DNA of 32,000 nt from Promethearchaeum syntrophicum (GCF_008000775.2 NZ_CP042905.2:3030001-3062000); one strand, 5' to 3'; counted from the stretch's first letter, positions 9,573 through 19,907 are shown. A program made the numbers and translations. The notes: generated by a model not told the origin, from the sequence alone.

Positions 9573-9676
9573 TAGGTTGTTGTTTTTTTTTCTTTTATAT
9601 ATAGATTTTATAAAATAATTTCTGTTGATCTAGCTAATCTATGAATATTGCTTAATAGAGGTAAAAAATGGTATAT

Positions 9677-11197
9677 TTAATTTTGAAATATATCATAATT
9701 AGGGCAAAAAATGGAATGTATATGATCACTTATCAAATTTAATTGATTTTTCTTAAAAGATTTGACATTCATTTTTTCCGAATTTTTTATTAAAGCCAAA
9801 AATTCTGAGGATTGGTTATATTCATAATCAATTTTTGCATTAATTCGATATAATTCAAATTTCTGAGCAATTTTTTGCGCTTGTGCCATTATATCTTGAT
9901 AATGATCAGGTTCGATATTTAAAATTGAAATTTTCGCTTTAATCAATAAAGATTCGATATAAATTGAATGAGAATTTGTCTCTTTAGAAATTTGACTTAT
10001 TTTTTCCACGTAATACTGTAAATCATTCAAGATTGTCGGATCGTCTATTTTATACATTTTTAATATTAATATGTTACATAAATTCACCAAAGCCATTACA
10101 GTGATATCATGATAACGAATTTTATCATGGATTATAGCTTTTAAATTGTCTTCAGCTTTTTTAGAGTTATCAAATCCTCCTTTAGATTTCAAAATCATAG
10201 CTTCTGCTAAAAGAAATCGTTGAAGAATTATTTTATTTTTATCTCTTTTCTTATTTTGCGTTAATTTTGCAAAATATTTATTTGCATTTTTATAATCGCT
10301 CATTTCGATAAATACAGCAATAATTGGAATTAAAATCTCTGAAATCTGAAAAATATCCTTCAAATCTTCAGAAATCTCTAATGCTTTTAAGAGAAATTTT
10401 ATTGCTTTTTTATGTTCTTTCTTATGCCATAGTACTTCTCCAATGTTTTGTGAGGCAACTTGAATTCCTTCTGTATAGTTATTTCGAATATCAATTTCTA
10501 GAGATTTTGTCATATATTCTAAGCTATTGTTAAGCTCGCCTAATTGTATTAAAATTGCCCCAATATTATTACCCGTTTTTGAAATACCTCTAGTATAGTT
10601 AATAATTTCATAAATTCCGTACGCTTTTTTCAAGTAAGATAATCCTTTTATCAAATCTCCTTTTGCGTTATGCATTACTCCAATATTATTATATGCGTGA
10701 GCAAGATCTAAATTTTTATTCAATTTCAATCTAATTTTTAAATTAAAATTAAAGTAATCCAAAGCTCTATCCAATTCACCTGTTTGCCAGTAGTAACCGC
10801 CTCTTAAGATGAGAATATCAGAAGTTTTTTCTAAAATTTCATTCTGGGTTATTTTTTGAGGATGGACTATATTTATTTTATGCTCAGCAACCTCAATTAT
10901 ATGTAAAATTTCATCTCGTTTTCCCATTGAAAATAATATTTTAGCTTTTTCGATTAAAATGGATGCTTCAAACATATTGTTGGAGGTTATTTTCTTATCT
11001 GAAAGTAATTTATTTGTTAATTTTAAGCCTTGCTTATATAAGCCTAATTTTTCTAAAAATCTTAATTTTAAAATATTTATTTTGGTTTTTTCATTAAAAT
11101 CTATATCTTTTCGTTTACTAAATTCTTCAATTTTAGATAAACCCTCTTTAAAAAAACTTTTTTCAAATAAATTTTCGAGTATTTCTAGGTTTTCCAT
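9677..11197 (-). CDS. Tetratricopeptide (TPR) repeat protein
   Basis: Repeated TPR pattern: DLAHAYNNIGVMHNAKGDLIKGLSYLKKAYGIYE / ISKTGNNIGAILIQLGELNNSLEYMTKSLEI / VASQNIGEVLWHKKEHKKAIKFLLKALEI. Confidence 0.88.
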   Translation of the reverse strand: MENLEILENLFEKSFFKEGLSKIEEFSKRKDIDFNEKTKINILKLRFLEKLGLYKQGLKLTNKLLSDKKITSNNMFEASILIEKAKILFSMGKRDEILHIIEVAEHKINIVHPQKITQNEILEKTSDILILRGGYYWQTGELDRALDYFNFNLKIRLKLNKNLDLAHAYNNIGVMHNAKGDLIKGLSYLKKAYGIYEIINYTRGISKTGNNIGAILIQLGELNNSLEYMTKSLEIDIRNNYTEGIQVASQNIGEVLWHKKEHKKAIKFLLKALEISEDLKDIFQISEILIPIIAVFIEMSDYKNANKYFAKLTQNKKRDKNKIILQRFLLAEAMILKSKGGFDNSKKAEDNLKAIIHDKIRYHDITVMALVNLCNILILKMYKIDDPTILNDLQYYVEKISQISKETNSHSIYIESLLIKAKISILNIEPDHYQDIMAQAQKIAQKFELYRINAKIDYEYNQSSEFLALIKNSEKMNVKSFKKNQLNLISDHIHSIFCPNYDIFQN

Positions 11198-11483
11198 CGA
11201 GCATCATTTCTCCCTTTTTAATGATTATTCAAAATTAATATTTAATATTTTTTAAAAAAATATTCCTTAAAATCTTGATGGTTCTCTTCAAAATAATGAA
11301 AATTTTTTAAGTTTAATATGATTATTCCTTTTTTCCGAAGAAAAACGGGAATTCGGACAAAAATATTGAATAAAATATGATAATGTATGCTTATGGTACA
11401 TTTTCTTTAGATAACTTTTTCGTATGAATAGCATATGAGTAATAGAGTGAATAATGAAAAAAAAATTGGTTCCTAACTTAATC

Positions 11484-14400
11484 TTATCTCTTTTCTAATA
11501 ATACAGACTTCTTCTTTTTAGCTTCTTCCACTCTTGCTTCACAACTCCGAAGATTATGCTCTGCTGAACGAATTGCATCTTTAAAAGTTTTATGAGCTTT
11601 CTTTAATGCTTTGTAACTTAAATAAATCTCACGATCTAAATCTGCATCATCTTCTTTTGCATTATAAATTTCTTCTTGCACTTCTCTGGCTTCACGAACT
11701 TCAGTATAATGATCCTTTGCCTGATTGAGAATATTTATAACTTCGTTTAAATTTTTCTTCTCTTTTTCTAATGTAGATTCAGCATTTTGGCGTTCAATTA
11801 AAGATTGTTCTGCTCCTTCTTTCTCGTCACTCACATTTCGAAGTTCCAATTTCTCATCAGTAACTAGTTTTTGGGCCAGTTTTTCCTCTTTATCAGCAAA
11901 ATCGAATTCTTCTTGGCATAAAATTTGGTTATCTCGCTTTTCTTCATAGACTTTTTGAGGTTCAACAAGTTTTTCTGTAAATTCTTGCATAGTATGCTCT
12001 ACATCATCAAGTTGTTGTTCTATTGCCATTAGATCGGGTTGATCTTCTTCGAGCAGTCTTAAAGTTTTTTGAGCTTTAACAACTTTTGATTGAGTGCTCT
12101 TAGCGTCCTTTAGTTCTGCACGATATTGTTTTATTTTCACCTCGGTTGTATTAATGGCATCTAATATAGTATCAATATTTGCTTGATCTACTGAATCTTG
12201 CTTTTTCAAGATTCTTAATTCTGTTTTTTTCTCTTTTAAAAATGATTCTGCTTCTTTTAACTTACTTTCTCCTTTAGAAATTGAAATTATTTCACTTTGA
12301 ATCATTTTTGCCTCTTCTAATATAGCTTTTGCTTCATCAATTTCATGTTGCCGATTAATTGCTTTTTCATGGGAGGATTTAATCTTTTTATATTCCTTTT
12401 GAACCTTAACCAATTCTTTTTCAACTTGATCCAGAATTAATTTTGCTGTATCTGTCTCTTTTTTGGCTGCCTTTAACACAACTTCCTTATCTTCCAGAAT
12501 TTTCACTTTTTCTGCTAGAGTATTTTCCGACGTGGTAACTGCATCTTGAGCGGTTTGAACTTGATCTTCAAATAATTGGATATCTTTCTTAATTTCGTCA
12601 ACAGTCTTTAAAGCACCAAGAAAATCGGTAGCGTTTTGAACTTCTTTTGAAGCATTATCATATACAACTTGTGCTCTTGATAATTTTTCTTCAGCGTCCA
12701 CTTCCTTTTGTTTTGCTTTTTCTAATTCAAGGTAACTTAAGTTTTCAATTTCAGCGGTTTTAAACAATTCTTCTGCGGAATCTAATAAAGGTTGTGCTGC
12801 TTCAGCACGTTCTTTGAGAGAAACTACATCTAATTCCAATGCTTCAATTTTTCTTTGGATATCTTTAATATTTTGTTGAATTTCCAAAAGATTAGCTCGT
12901 TTAGAATTTGCATCTTCAAGGTTGGATTTTGCTTCATTCCATTCTGGTAATAAATTAGCAATTGTGAATTTATTGCTAGCAATTTTTGTATTACTCTTTT
13001 TGATTTTAGAATCTAGATCATTGTATTCTTTAAGCGAAATTTTATATTTTTCCTTCTTTTCTCTCATCAATTCTTCATCTAAAGAACCCTCTTCATTATA
13101 TACATCTTCTGGTTGAATAGGCTTTTCTAAACTTGAAAATTCTTGTTCTAAATCATTTAATTTGATTTCTTCATTTGAAATTTCGTTTTCAAGTTTTTTC
13201 TTCTTCTCATTAATGGAATTAAAATTATCTGCAATTGTAGGATCTAGCTCATCGATTTCTTTTTGTGCAATTTTTTCGCTCTTAATAAATTCTTCAATTT
13301 CTACCTTAGAATTTTTAAGAGTTTCAACAGCTTCCTCATACTTCGCTTTTTCTATTCCTGCTTCTTTAAGGTTTTTCTTTGCAATTTCAAACTTTTCCTT
13401 TGCTGATTTATCTGCCTCTGCCTCATCAAGAGTTTGAACAACCGCATCCTCTTCTTCACCCCCAACAATTACGATCTTCTTTTCGAGCATGTAATCATTT
13501 AGAGTCGTTGTTATTATTTCTTCATTTTCAATTGTTTGTAAAAGTCTTTCTTTATACCGTTGACTGACCTCAATGAGCATAGCTTTAGTCTCAGGAGTGG
13601 TGAAAGATGATTTGCGGATAAACCCTCGACGTTCCATGATCCACTTGCTATACCAGAAATAAAATCCTAAATATACAAAAGAAACAATTACACCAGTGCC
13701 CAAATTAAGCACATTTTGACTTGTTCCACTTGCAATTAAAGACCATTGCCCCCCCCAATATGAAGCAACGAAAATAAACAAGATAATCACGAGATTGAAT
13801 TTGGTGATTTTCGTGCTTTCAACTGATTTTATTTTTAATCCGAAAGTTCGGACTAAATTTAAAATTGTAATAACCATCAATAATATGCTAGTAATCCAAT
13901 CGAAAATTTGATAATACCACGCTACGGATGCTTCAGTTCCTTCAAGGGTGGTCGCAATTGTAATATAAGTATTAATTATTAGGAAAAGCTTAATCCAAAG
14001 TAAAAACCAGAAAATTATATAAAATACACCAGAATATACATTAATTGTTTGGTTTGATTTACTTTTTCTATAGAGTTTCACTTGATTTTGAGTCGTTGCA
14101 ATTGTTATTCCAAAAACAATAATTACCCAAATTAAGATCCCTTGAAGTGCTTGAGTTCCCCACCAAATATCTGTGAAATAACCAGTAAAGAAAATAAGAA
14201 ATCTCGATTCTTCGGGTCCAATTGGATTAGCTACCAACCAATCATTCCAGGAAAAATTTTCAGGAATAAAACGTGATGTTCGTGGATTAGTCGGGTTCAA
14301 CGCTTCAAGGAAATCTGGTGTATCAAAATACAAGAATAGCCAGATGAAAAATATCTGAAAAATAAATGGGATGATCATATATATTATATTTAAGATCGTA

Positions 14401-15242
14401 GCAGTTCTGTTCTTGGATTCATTTGATTTTAATTCACGTTTGATTTGAAAACGAGCTTCTGATTTTATTGAGGTTTTTTCTATTGTATCTTTCACATATA
14501 CGATTTGAATTATATTCCAACCAAAAAATACGATTGCTAATATAATTCCAAATAATGTTTGATATTGGAGAAATGGTACAGTACCTTCAACTCCTTGATC
14601 AACTATGCTCCACCATAGTAAACAAACAACAAATCCAACTCCTAACGAAATCCCGGTTATTAATGCTTTAATCCCGACTTTTTCATCAGCAAATATTATA
14701 TCGTGAAGTTTTTTTTTTCGAGAAAGTAAAAATATTAATGTAAATCCGATTATCATTGTAAAAGAGATGGTTATAATCAAAAATTGGTTTAAATTGGTGA
14801 TCCCCTCCTTTCCAAGGAAATTTACACCTTGCGTACTCTCACCGAACGGAATTAATGTGAGAACACCAATTAATATTGCTCCAACTATAAAAACGATGGT
14901 ATATAATCGCACCCGCTTATCAAAAACTTTAAGAAATTGGCCTTCAATAATTTCTGACGTTTTTTTATTTAATTCCTGCTGTTTTTCTTTAATTTTTTCT
15001 TTAAACTTTTTTTTTTCGAGCTTTTTCAACTCTTTTTCAGATAATTTTTCATCTAATGAACTTTCCCAATGAATTTCATCAGTGTGAGCCTCAGTCTCAA
15101 GATTTTCAGTTTCTTTAGCTTCTTCATCTTTATCAATTTCTTCGGCTTCTTCTTCATCTGCTTCTAGTTCATTTTCTGCAATTTCTTCATTTTCTTCATT
15201 TTCTGAAGATTCCTTTTCAGATTCTAATTCTTCTTCTTCCAT
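11484..15242 (-). CDS. Giant multi-pass membrane protein with acidic N-terminus and long C-terminal coiled coil (1252 aa)
   Basis: Glu-rich N-terminal about 110 aa, about 10 hydrophobic TM segments, then about 700 residues of Glu/Lys/Ala/Leu-rich, glycine- and proline-poor sequence of coiled-coil type to the C-terminus. Confidence 0.85.
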   Translation of the reverse strand: MEEEELESEKESSENEENEEIAENELEADEEEAEEIDKDEEAKETENLETEAHTDEIHWESSLDEKLSEKELKKLEKKKFKEKIKEKQQELNKKTSEIIEGQFLKVFDKRVRLYTIVFIVGAILIGVLTLIPFGESTQGVNFLGKEGITNLNQFLIITISFTMIIGFTLIFLLSRKKKLHDIIFADEKVGIKALITGISLGVGFVVCLLWWSIVDQGVEGTVPFLQYQTLFGIILAIVFFGWNIIQIVYVKDTIEKTSIKSEARFQIKRELKSNESKNRTATILNIIYMIIPFIFQIFFIWLFLYFDTPDFLEALNPTNPRTSRFIPENFSWNDWLVANPIGPEESRFLIFFTGYFTDIWWGTQALQGILIWVIIVFGITIATTQNQVKLYRKSKSNQTINVYSGVFYIIFWFLLWIKLFLIINTYITIATTLEGTEASVAWYYQIFDWITSILLMVITILNLVRTFGLKIKSVESTKITKFNLVIILFIFVASYWGGQWSLIASGTSQNVLNLGTGVIVSFVYLGFYFWYSKWIMERRGFIRKSSFTTPETKAMLIEVSQRYKERLLQTIENEEIITTTLNDYMLEKKIVIVGGEEEDAVVQTLDEAEADKSAKEKFEIAKKNLKEAGIEKAKYEEAVETLKNSKVEIEEFIKSEKIAQKEIDELDPTIADNFNSINEKKKKLENEISNEEIKLNDLEQEFSSLEKPIQPEDVYNEEGSLDEELMREKKEKYKISLKEYNDLDSKIKKSNTKIASNKFTIANLLPEWNEAKSNLEDANSKRANLLEIQQNIKDIQRKIEALELDVVSLKERAEAAQPLLDSAEELFKTAEIENLSYLELEKAKQKEVDAEEKLSRAQVVYDNASKEVQNATDFLGALKTVDEIKKDIQLFEDQVQTAQDAVTTSENTLAEKVKILEDKEVVLKAAKKETDTAKLILDQVEKELVKVQKEYKKIKSSHEKAINRQHEIDEAKAILEEAKMIQSEIISISKGESKLKEAESFLKEKKTELRILKKQDSVDQANIDTILDAINTTEVKIKQYRAELKDAKSTQSKVVKAQKTLRLLEEDQPDLMAIEQQLDDVEHTMQEFTEKLVEPQKVYEEKRDNQILCQEEFDFADKEEKLAQKLVTDEKLELRNVSDEKEGAEQSLIERQNAESTLEKEKKNLNEVINILNQAKDHYTEVREAREVQEEIYNAKEDDADLDREIYLSYKALKKAHKTFKDAIRSAEHNLRSCEARVEEAKKKKSVLLEKR

Positions 15243-15324
15243 TTAAATCACGATAACTGTTTTATTTTATTATTATTACAAAATTTATGATGTAGATATC
15301 TAATAATAATCTTCTTATGAAGGA

Positions 15325-15338
15325 TAATTTATATAAAA
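15325..15338 (-). promoter_or_regulatory. Candidate TATA element for the giant coiled-coil gene
   Basis: Minus strand reads TTTTTATATAAATT about 90 nt upstream of the start at 15242. A TATA-like match also reads on the plus strand, so direction is ambiguous. Confidence 0.25.
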
Positions 15339-15354
15339 ATAGAAAAAAAAAGGA

Positions 15355-16923
15355 TTAGGCTTTTCTTGCCTTGTAGGCTTCCTTTCCTGCATTTCGGAGT
15401 GCTTTTGGTAAGGCTTTACTGTATGCTGCTTGCTCAATCTTATCCTTTGTTTCAATTGCTGCCCTTAATTTAGATAAAATTCGACTTAACTCGCTTTTGG
15501 TTGCTTCTGTAAGATATGCTGCATCTTCAACTAACATTTTATCTGCCCGAGTCATATAAATTTCTACGATTTTTTTCTGGACCTTGCGTTCTTCACGCTT
15601 AGCTTTCTGTACATTTCCGCTAATTGCCATCATTGTTCCCGCTTTAATACCCGCCTCGACAATCATGAGCTGAATATTCCTATGTCCACCTACAACTTCC
15701 ATCAACCGTGAGATGTTTTCTCCTCTGTTAATTGCATTATTTGAGCCCGGTTCATCAATTGCACCGCGACCTCCGCACATTTGAACAATTTCATAAGCTG
15801 CATGATGTGATAATTTAGCAGTTAAATATTTTCCTTGAGCGGCCATAATCGCAGCGCTTCCCTCATCCATTGGATCAGGTTTTTCCCCTAAATGAATTTT
15901 ATGTCCTACTTTCTTATCATAAAAATCTGCTATTTGTAAAGCAAATGCGGTGTAGGCGGAAGTTTTTGAATATAAATCATCTAAAACATGGCTGATACCT
16001 TGATATTTAAATAATGATTTCCCAAATTGATGTCGAATTTGTGTAAAAATCGCTCCGTGAGCAACACTGTGCCAAAGTCCAGCTAATGATCCTGAGATTA
16101 TTGCTAGACGTTCTGGGGTTAAACCTCCAAATAATCTTTTATAACCTGTTCCTGGACCAGCCAAGATTCGTTCTGCGGGAGCAGTCACATTATCATAGGT
16201 TACTTTTGCAATACCAACCCCTCTACCAGCAGGAATATGTAGCCGCTCAGTTTTTAACCCAGCATCCCCTCTTTCAAACATAGTTAACATCATTGTTCGG
16301 CGAGGATCGGAGATATCTGTCACTCCATATGTGCTAAAATAATCTGCAACTGCTCCATTTGTGGTATATACTTTAACTCCATTATATGTTACTGAGCCAT
16401 CGTCTTGCAATGTTGCTTTCATTTTCATATTGACTGCATCTGAACCATGCTCTGTCTCAGTAATCCCAATTCCCCCAACTTTAGTTCCTCGATAAATCTC
16501 TTTTAATGCTTTTTCTTGGACTTCGGTCCTTTTTGGATTATGATATAAAGAATTTCCAACTAAAATTGCTGAAGCAGTGGCGGCAAAATCTACTTCAGGA
16601 GCCATTCCATTATTGGCTAAACTTAGTAATATTTGATGTTTACAACTTCCGGGAACTCCATCATAAGCATTCATTCTTTGGAGCATATAATGTTCTCCCA
16701 TCTTTGGTAACATTTCATAAACGTCTTCTAAATTAACTTGTTTTTGTAATTTTAAACAGACTTCTTGGAAGCCTAGGAACATTTCTTTATCTTCTTTATT
16801 TAGAAGAGGAAGTACGTTTGCGTTAATAAAAGAATAGCGATTCTTTAAACTGAGCGCTTTCTCATAGTTTTTTTCAAGCATTGTGCCGTATACGGCATCT
16901 TTTAGTTTCATTATTTTTTTCAA
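15355..16923 (-). CDS. Acyl-CoA dehydrogenase family protein with C-terminal extension
   Basis: GGIGITETEHGSDAVNMKMKAT, PERLAIISGSLAGLW, QIRHQFGKSLFKYQGISHVLDDLYSKT, YEIVQMCGGRGAI. Confidence 0.88.
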   Translation of the reverse strand: MKKIMKLKDAVYGTMLEKNYEKALSLKNRYSFINANVLPLLNKEDKEMFLGFQEVCLKLQKQVNLEDVYEMLPKMGEHYMLQRMNAYDGVPGSCKHQILLSLANNGMAPEVDFAATASAILVGNSLYHNPKRTEVQEKALKEIYRGTKVGGIGITETEHGSDAVNMKMKATLQDDGSVTYNGVKVYTTNGAVADYFSTYGVTDISDPRRTMMLTMFERGDAGLKTERLHIPAGRGVGIAKVTYDNVTAPAERILAGPGTGYKRLFGGLTPERLAIISGSLAGLWHSVAHGAIFTQIRHQFGKSLFKYQGISHVLDDLYSKTSAYTAFALQIADFYDKKVGHKIHLGEKPDPMDEGSAAIMAAQGKYLTAKLSHHAAYEIVQMCGGRGAIDEPGSNNAINRGENISRLMEVVGGHRNIQLMIVEAGIKAGTMMAISGNVQKAKREERKVQKKIVEIYMTRADKMLVEDAAYLTEATKSELSRILSKLRAAIETKDKIEQAAYSKALPKALRNAGKEAYKARKA

Positions 16924-17044
16924 CTCTTAATTTCAATTCTAAGTATGTTATTGTTATCAGAATTTGTGCCTAAATAAGCATATTTTCTTTTTTTTGAAGG
17001 AAAATAAGTAACAACTAGATGGTTGTTTGATGAAAAATTTATTT

Positions 17045-18649
17045 TTAATTTGGTACAAAACCCTTATCATTCCCAGAATAATAAAGGAAAAACATTTCTT
17101 CAAGAATTTTTCGACTGTCAGATTCATTAAGCGGATTTTTTAGGGAAATTCCAAATTTGGAACATAAAAAGGAATATAATTCAAAATGTGGATTATAAAA
17201 TGCATAACCTTGGTCCATTTCATTTTTCCACAAGGTTAAATCTTTTATTTTGTAATGTTCCATCCATGGGTATATAATACCGGGTGAATGCTCAGCTTTT
17301 GTTAATACATCCAATTTTGATTGTAGCATAACGATTGTTTTAGCGATGGTATGAGATACTTTTCTTAATATTGCATGTTTATTTGTATAGAGATCTTCAA
17401 TGGAAACGGGGACCCTTAAATGCATTAAGATTCCTTGACCTTTTCTAAAATTGATATGCCCATACCCAATTACAATTTGATTAAAACTCATTTCGGCAAG
17501 GACTTTATTTATTTCTTCAAATGCTGAAAGTAATTTTAAGGGTGAAATCAAGATATCCTCAAATCCTGGATAAAGAACGAAGTCAGAATCCCTGCTTTCC
17601 TTACTCGAAATAGTTTGTAAAGCCATTGAGGCACGCTCTTCCAAATATACTTTAAATTCATCAAGATTTAGATTTTTAGTATCGAATTCTGAACTTTCCT
17701 TCGCGGTTTTTTCAAAATTCTCTAATATATCTTCCGATCCTTTTAATAAGATTGCCCATCTAGCGGGTTCTTTTTGATTTTTTGAAAAAAGTTGCCCAAA
17801 TAATCCTTTTAGAGGATTAATCGATAAAATAAATTCAGCTATCAACGGAAAAATTTCTTTATCTTGAATTGCTTGTAGACCTGTAAAAATATCTTCAAGA
17901 TTACTTCCATAAAGGAGTTTATATCTTAAATTTTCAGGATTCGAGGCAAGTTTTATCTTGGCATTAAGAATTAAACCATGACGGCCATTTCCACCAACGA
18001 TTTTCGGAAAATATGGATCATTCTCTGTAATTTTGACAAATTCCCCTTTGGGGTTTAGAATTTCCATTGATTCAATCCAATCTTCTATAGCACCTAATTT
18101 TCCAGAGGTTACTCCACTGGCATTGGTAGCAATAAGACCTCCAACACGAACGGGAAGTTTAAATGCACTACTCGGTTGTACTGGGAAAATAAACTTGTCA
18201 TTTGTGTCCATTGGAACTTTTCTGATCAGATCTGAAACCAAAAATTTCTGATCAATTTCAACCCAATTTTCATTTTTATTAATATTATAGCTTGTTTCTA
18301 AACTTTTTAAGCATTCTAAATCAACAACAACGAATGGATTGGCAAAACCACCAGATAATCCTGTCTTTCCGGCAGCAAAAGTAATTGGAATTTTATTAGT
18401 ACGACTTGCAATTATGATATTCTGAATTTGTTCACGAGATACAGGTTTAAGAAGAATTTCGGGAGAAAAATGCAAAAATGAACAATCTTGAATCGATCCA
18501 CCAAAAATTGGGTTATCTCTTTTTAGGATAATTCCAAAACCTGATTGTGAGATAATTCGGAATTTGCTAAGAGAAAGATTGGAGAAGCAGGTAAAACCTT
18601 TATTTTTTAATTCTTCAATAAAGCTTTCAATATTTTCCTGATTTACCAT
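17045..18649 (-). CDS. FAD-binding (PCMH-type) oxidase / dehydrogenase, GlcD-like
   Basis: ILLKPVSREQIQNIIIASRTNKIPITFAAGKTGLSGGFANPFVVVDLECL and VRVGGLIATNASGVTSGKLGAIEDWIESMEILNPKGE. The track start is 18727; in-frame ATG 18649 (MVNQENIESF) removes a spurious hydrophobic leader. Confidence 0.85.
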   Translation of the reverse strand: MVNQENIESFIEELKNKGFTCFSNLSLSKFRIISQSGFGIILKRDNPIFGGSIQDCSFLHFSPEILLKPVSREQIQNIIIASRTNKIPITFAAGKTGLSGGFANPFVVVDLECLKSLETSYNINKNENWVEIDQKFLVSDLIRKVPMDTNDKFIFPVQPSSAFKLPVRVGGLIATNASGVTSGKLGAIEDWIESMEILNPKGEFVKITENDPYFPKIVGGNGRHGLILNAKIKLASNPENLRYKLLYGSNLEDIFTGLQAIQDKEIFPLIAEFILSINPLKGLFGQLFSKNQKEPARWAILLKGSEDILENFEKTAKESSEFDTKNLNLDEFKVYLEERASMALQTISSKESRDSDFVLYPGFEDILISPLKLLSAFEEINKVLAEMSFNQIVIGYGHINFRKGQGILMHLRVPVSIEDLYTNKHAILRKVSHTIAKTIVMLQSKLDVLTKAEHSPGIIYPWMEHYKIKDLTLWKNEMDQGYAFYNPHFELYSFLCSKFGISLKNPLNESDSRKILEEMFFLYYSGNDKGFVPN

Positions 18650-18798
18650 CTGTTTAAACCCAAAAATAATTAAAAAATTAAAAAACATAAAATTTCCTAT
18701 TATATAAAGTTTAATTTTACCTAACACGAAATATTACTGGATTTCATAACCTTACATCATAAAAATCAAGAAATAATAAAAAAATTGAATAAAAAAAA

Positions 18799-19038
18799 TT
18801 AGTCTTCCTTAAAATCATCGAGTTGAATGGTGATTCGTTTTAATTCGCCTTTCGAAGAACCTTTACTTTTTCTTGGTAGTTTATCGATTAATTCCTTAAC
18901 GGCTGCACCGACTGCTTCATCAATGTACTCATGAACCTTGTCTTTCGCTTCCCCACTTATTCGGATCTTAGTTTCTCCCTCGATAAATAGCTCTTTTATT
19001 TTAGAGACTCGTATATATTTCGCTGTATATGCGCCCAT
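18799..19038 (-). CDS. Small histone-fold-like protein
   Basis: 79 aa. IRVSKIKELF (alpha1), TKIRIS (L1), GEAKDKVHEYIDEAVGAAVKELIDKLPRKSK (long alpha2), LKRITIQLDDF (L2 / start of alpha3) matches the histone-fold pattern. Confidence 0.5.
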   Translation of the reverse strand: MGAYTAKYIRVSKIKELFIEGETKIRISGEAKDKVHEYIDEAVGAAVKELIDKLPRKSKGSSKGELKRITIQLDDFKED

Positions 19039-19512
19039 ACTTTTTTCACATTTATTTGGTTTTCAGAATTCTGTATTTCACTTGCCTATAGAATTCTTAA
19101 TTAAATTATTAAGTACATCTATATAAATATATTGCAAAATTAGATAAAAAAAGCGACAAAATTTATCAAATGGGAAATAATTTTTATTCAAAACATCTCT
19201 ATCTCTATGGAAAACTAAATTTTATAATTAAAATTGACGTAAAGTAAAAACAGATGCCGAGAAAATCCCACAAAATGATATTAACTAAATGAAACATACT
19301 CTTTTACGTATTTAAAGGTTTTGGCTATTTCGACAAAAAATTTAACACACATACTCAGAAAACAAAAATTTTACAAGATCTCAACAAATGCAGAAAGTCA
19401 AAAAAAACGCATTTTTAACGAGATAGAGCCGATTTTATAAGAAAGACATCAAAAATTCTCAGAACTGTAAATTTTGTTAATTATATGAAGGAACTCAATT
19501 AAATTAAAATTT

Positions 19513-19710
19513 TCACCGATTATTTTGATTTCTCATTTTATACCATATCAATATTAACATAAGAACATATAGAATTGAGATTCCCAGAAAAATTACTGCC
19601 CAAGTATAATTGTCGTCTATAAAATAGCGAATAGTCTGATAAATGGGATATAATACCAGTAAGTATAGCAATCTAAAGCGATTTTTATTTTTCTGTTCAA
19701 GAGAAGACAT
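19513..19710 (-). CDS. Small two-TM membrane protein, unknown function
   Basis: 65 aa with two hydrophobic segments (FRLLYLLVLYPIYQTIRYF; WAVIFLGISILYVLMLILIWY). Confidence 0.4.
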   Translation of the reverse strand: MSSLEQKNKNRFRLLYLLVLYPIYQTIRYFIDDNYTWAVIFLGISILYVLMLILIWYKMRNQNNR

Positions 19711-19852
19711 TATATAAATAAAAACGGAAGAAAAATTTATTGTTTTTGGTTTTTTGGATTCATGCTATTAAAATTTAGAAATTATTTGTGCAGTAATTAA
19801 TTAAAAGGCTCAGATTATTAATTCATAAAATACTTAAAATCTTGTAAGTTTT

Positions 19853-19864
19853 CTATATATATAC
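19853..19864 (+). promoter_or_regulatory. Candidate TATA box upstream of uvrB
   Basis: CTATATATATACAT about 50-70 nt upstream of the likely uvrB start. Confidence 0.35.
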
Positions 19865-19907
19865 ATTTAAATCATGGCCGTAATGACACGTAATATCGAT
19901 TAAATCA

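Noticed and set aside
11725-15072. Multiple plus-strand ORFs antisense to the giant coiled-coil gene (Ser/Phe-rich)
   Set aside because: The Ser/Phe/Leu-rich translations are the expected antisense of Glu/Lys-rich codons. No independent support.
15061-15245. TTC/TTCTTCATCT-rich tract resembling a microsatellite
   Set aside because: It encodes the poly-Glu acidic N-terminus of the coiled-coil protein. The repetition is explained by GAA/GAG codon usage rather than a separate repeat element.
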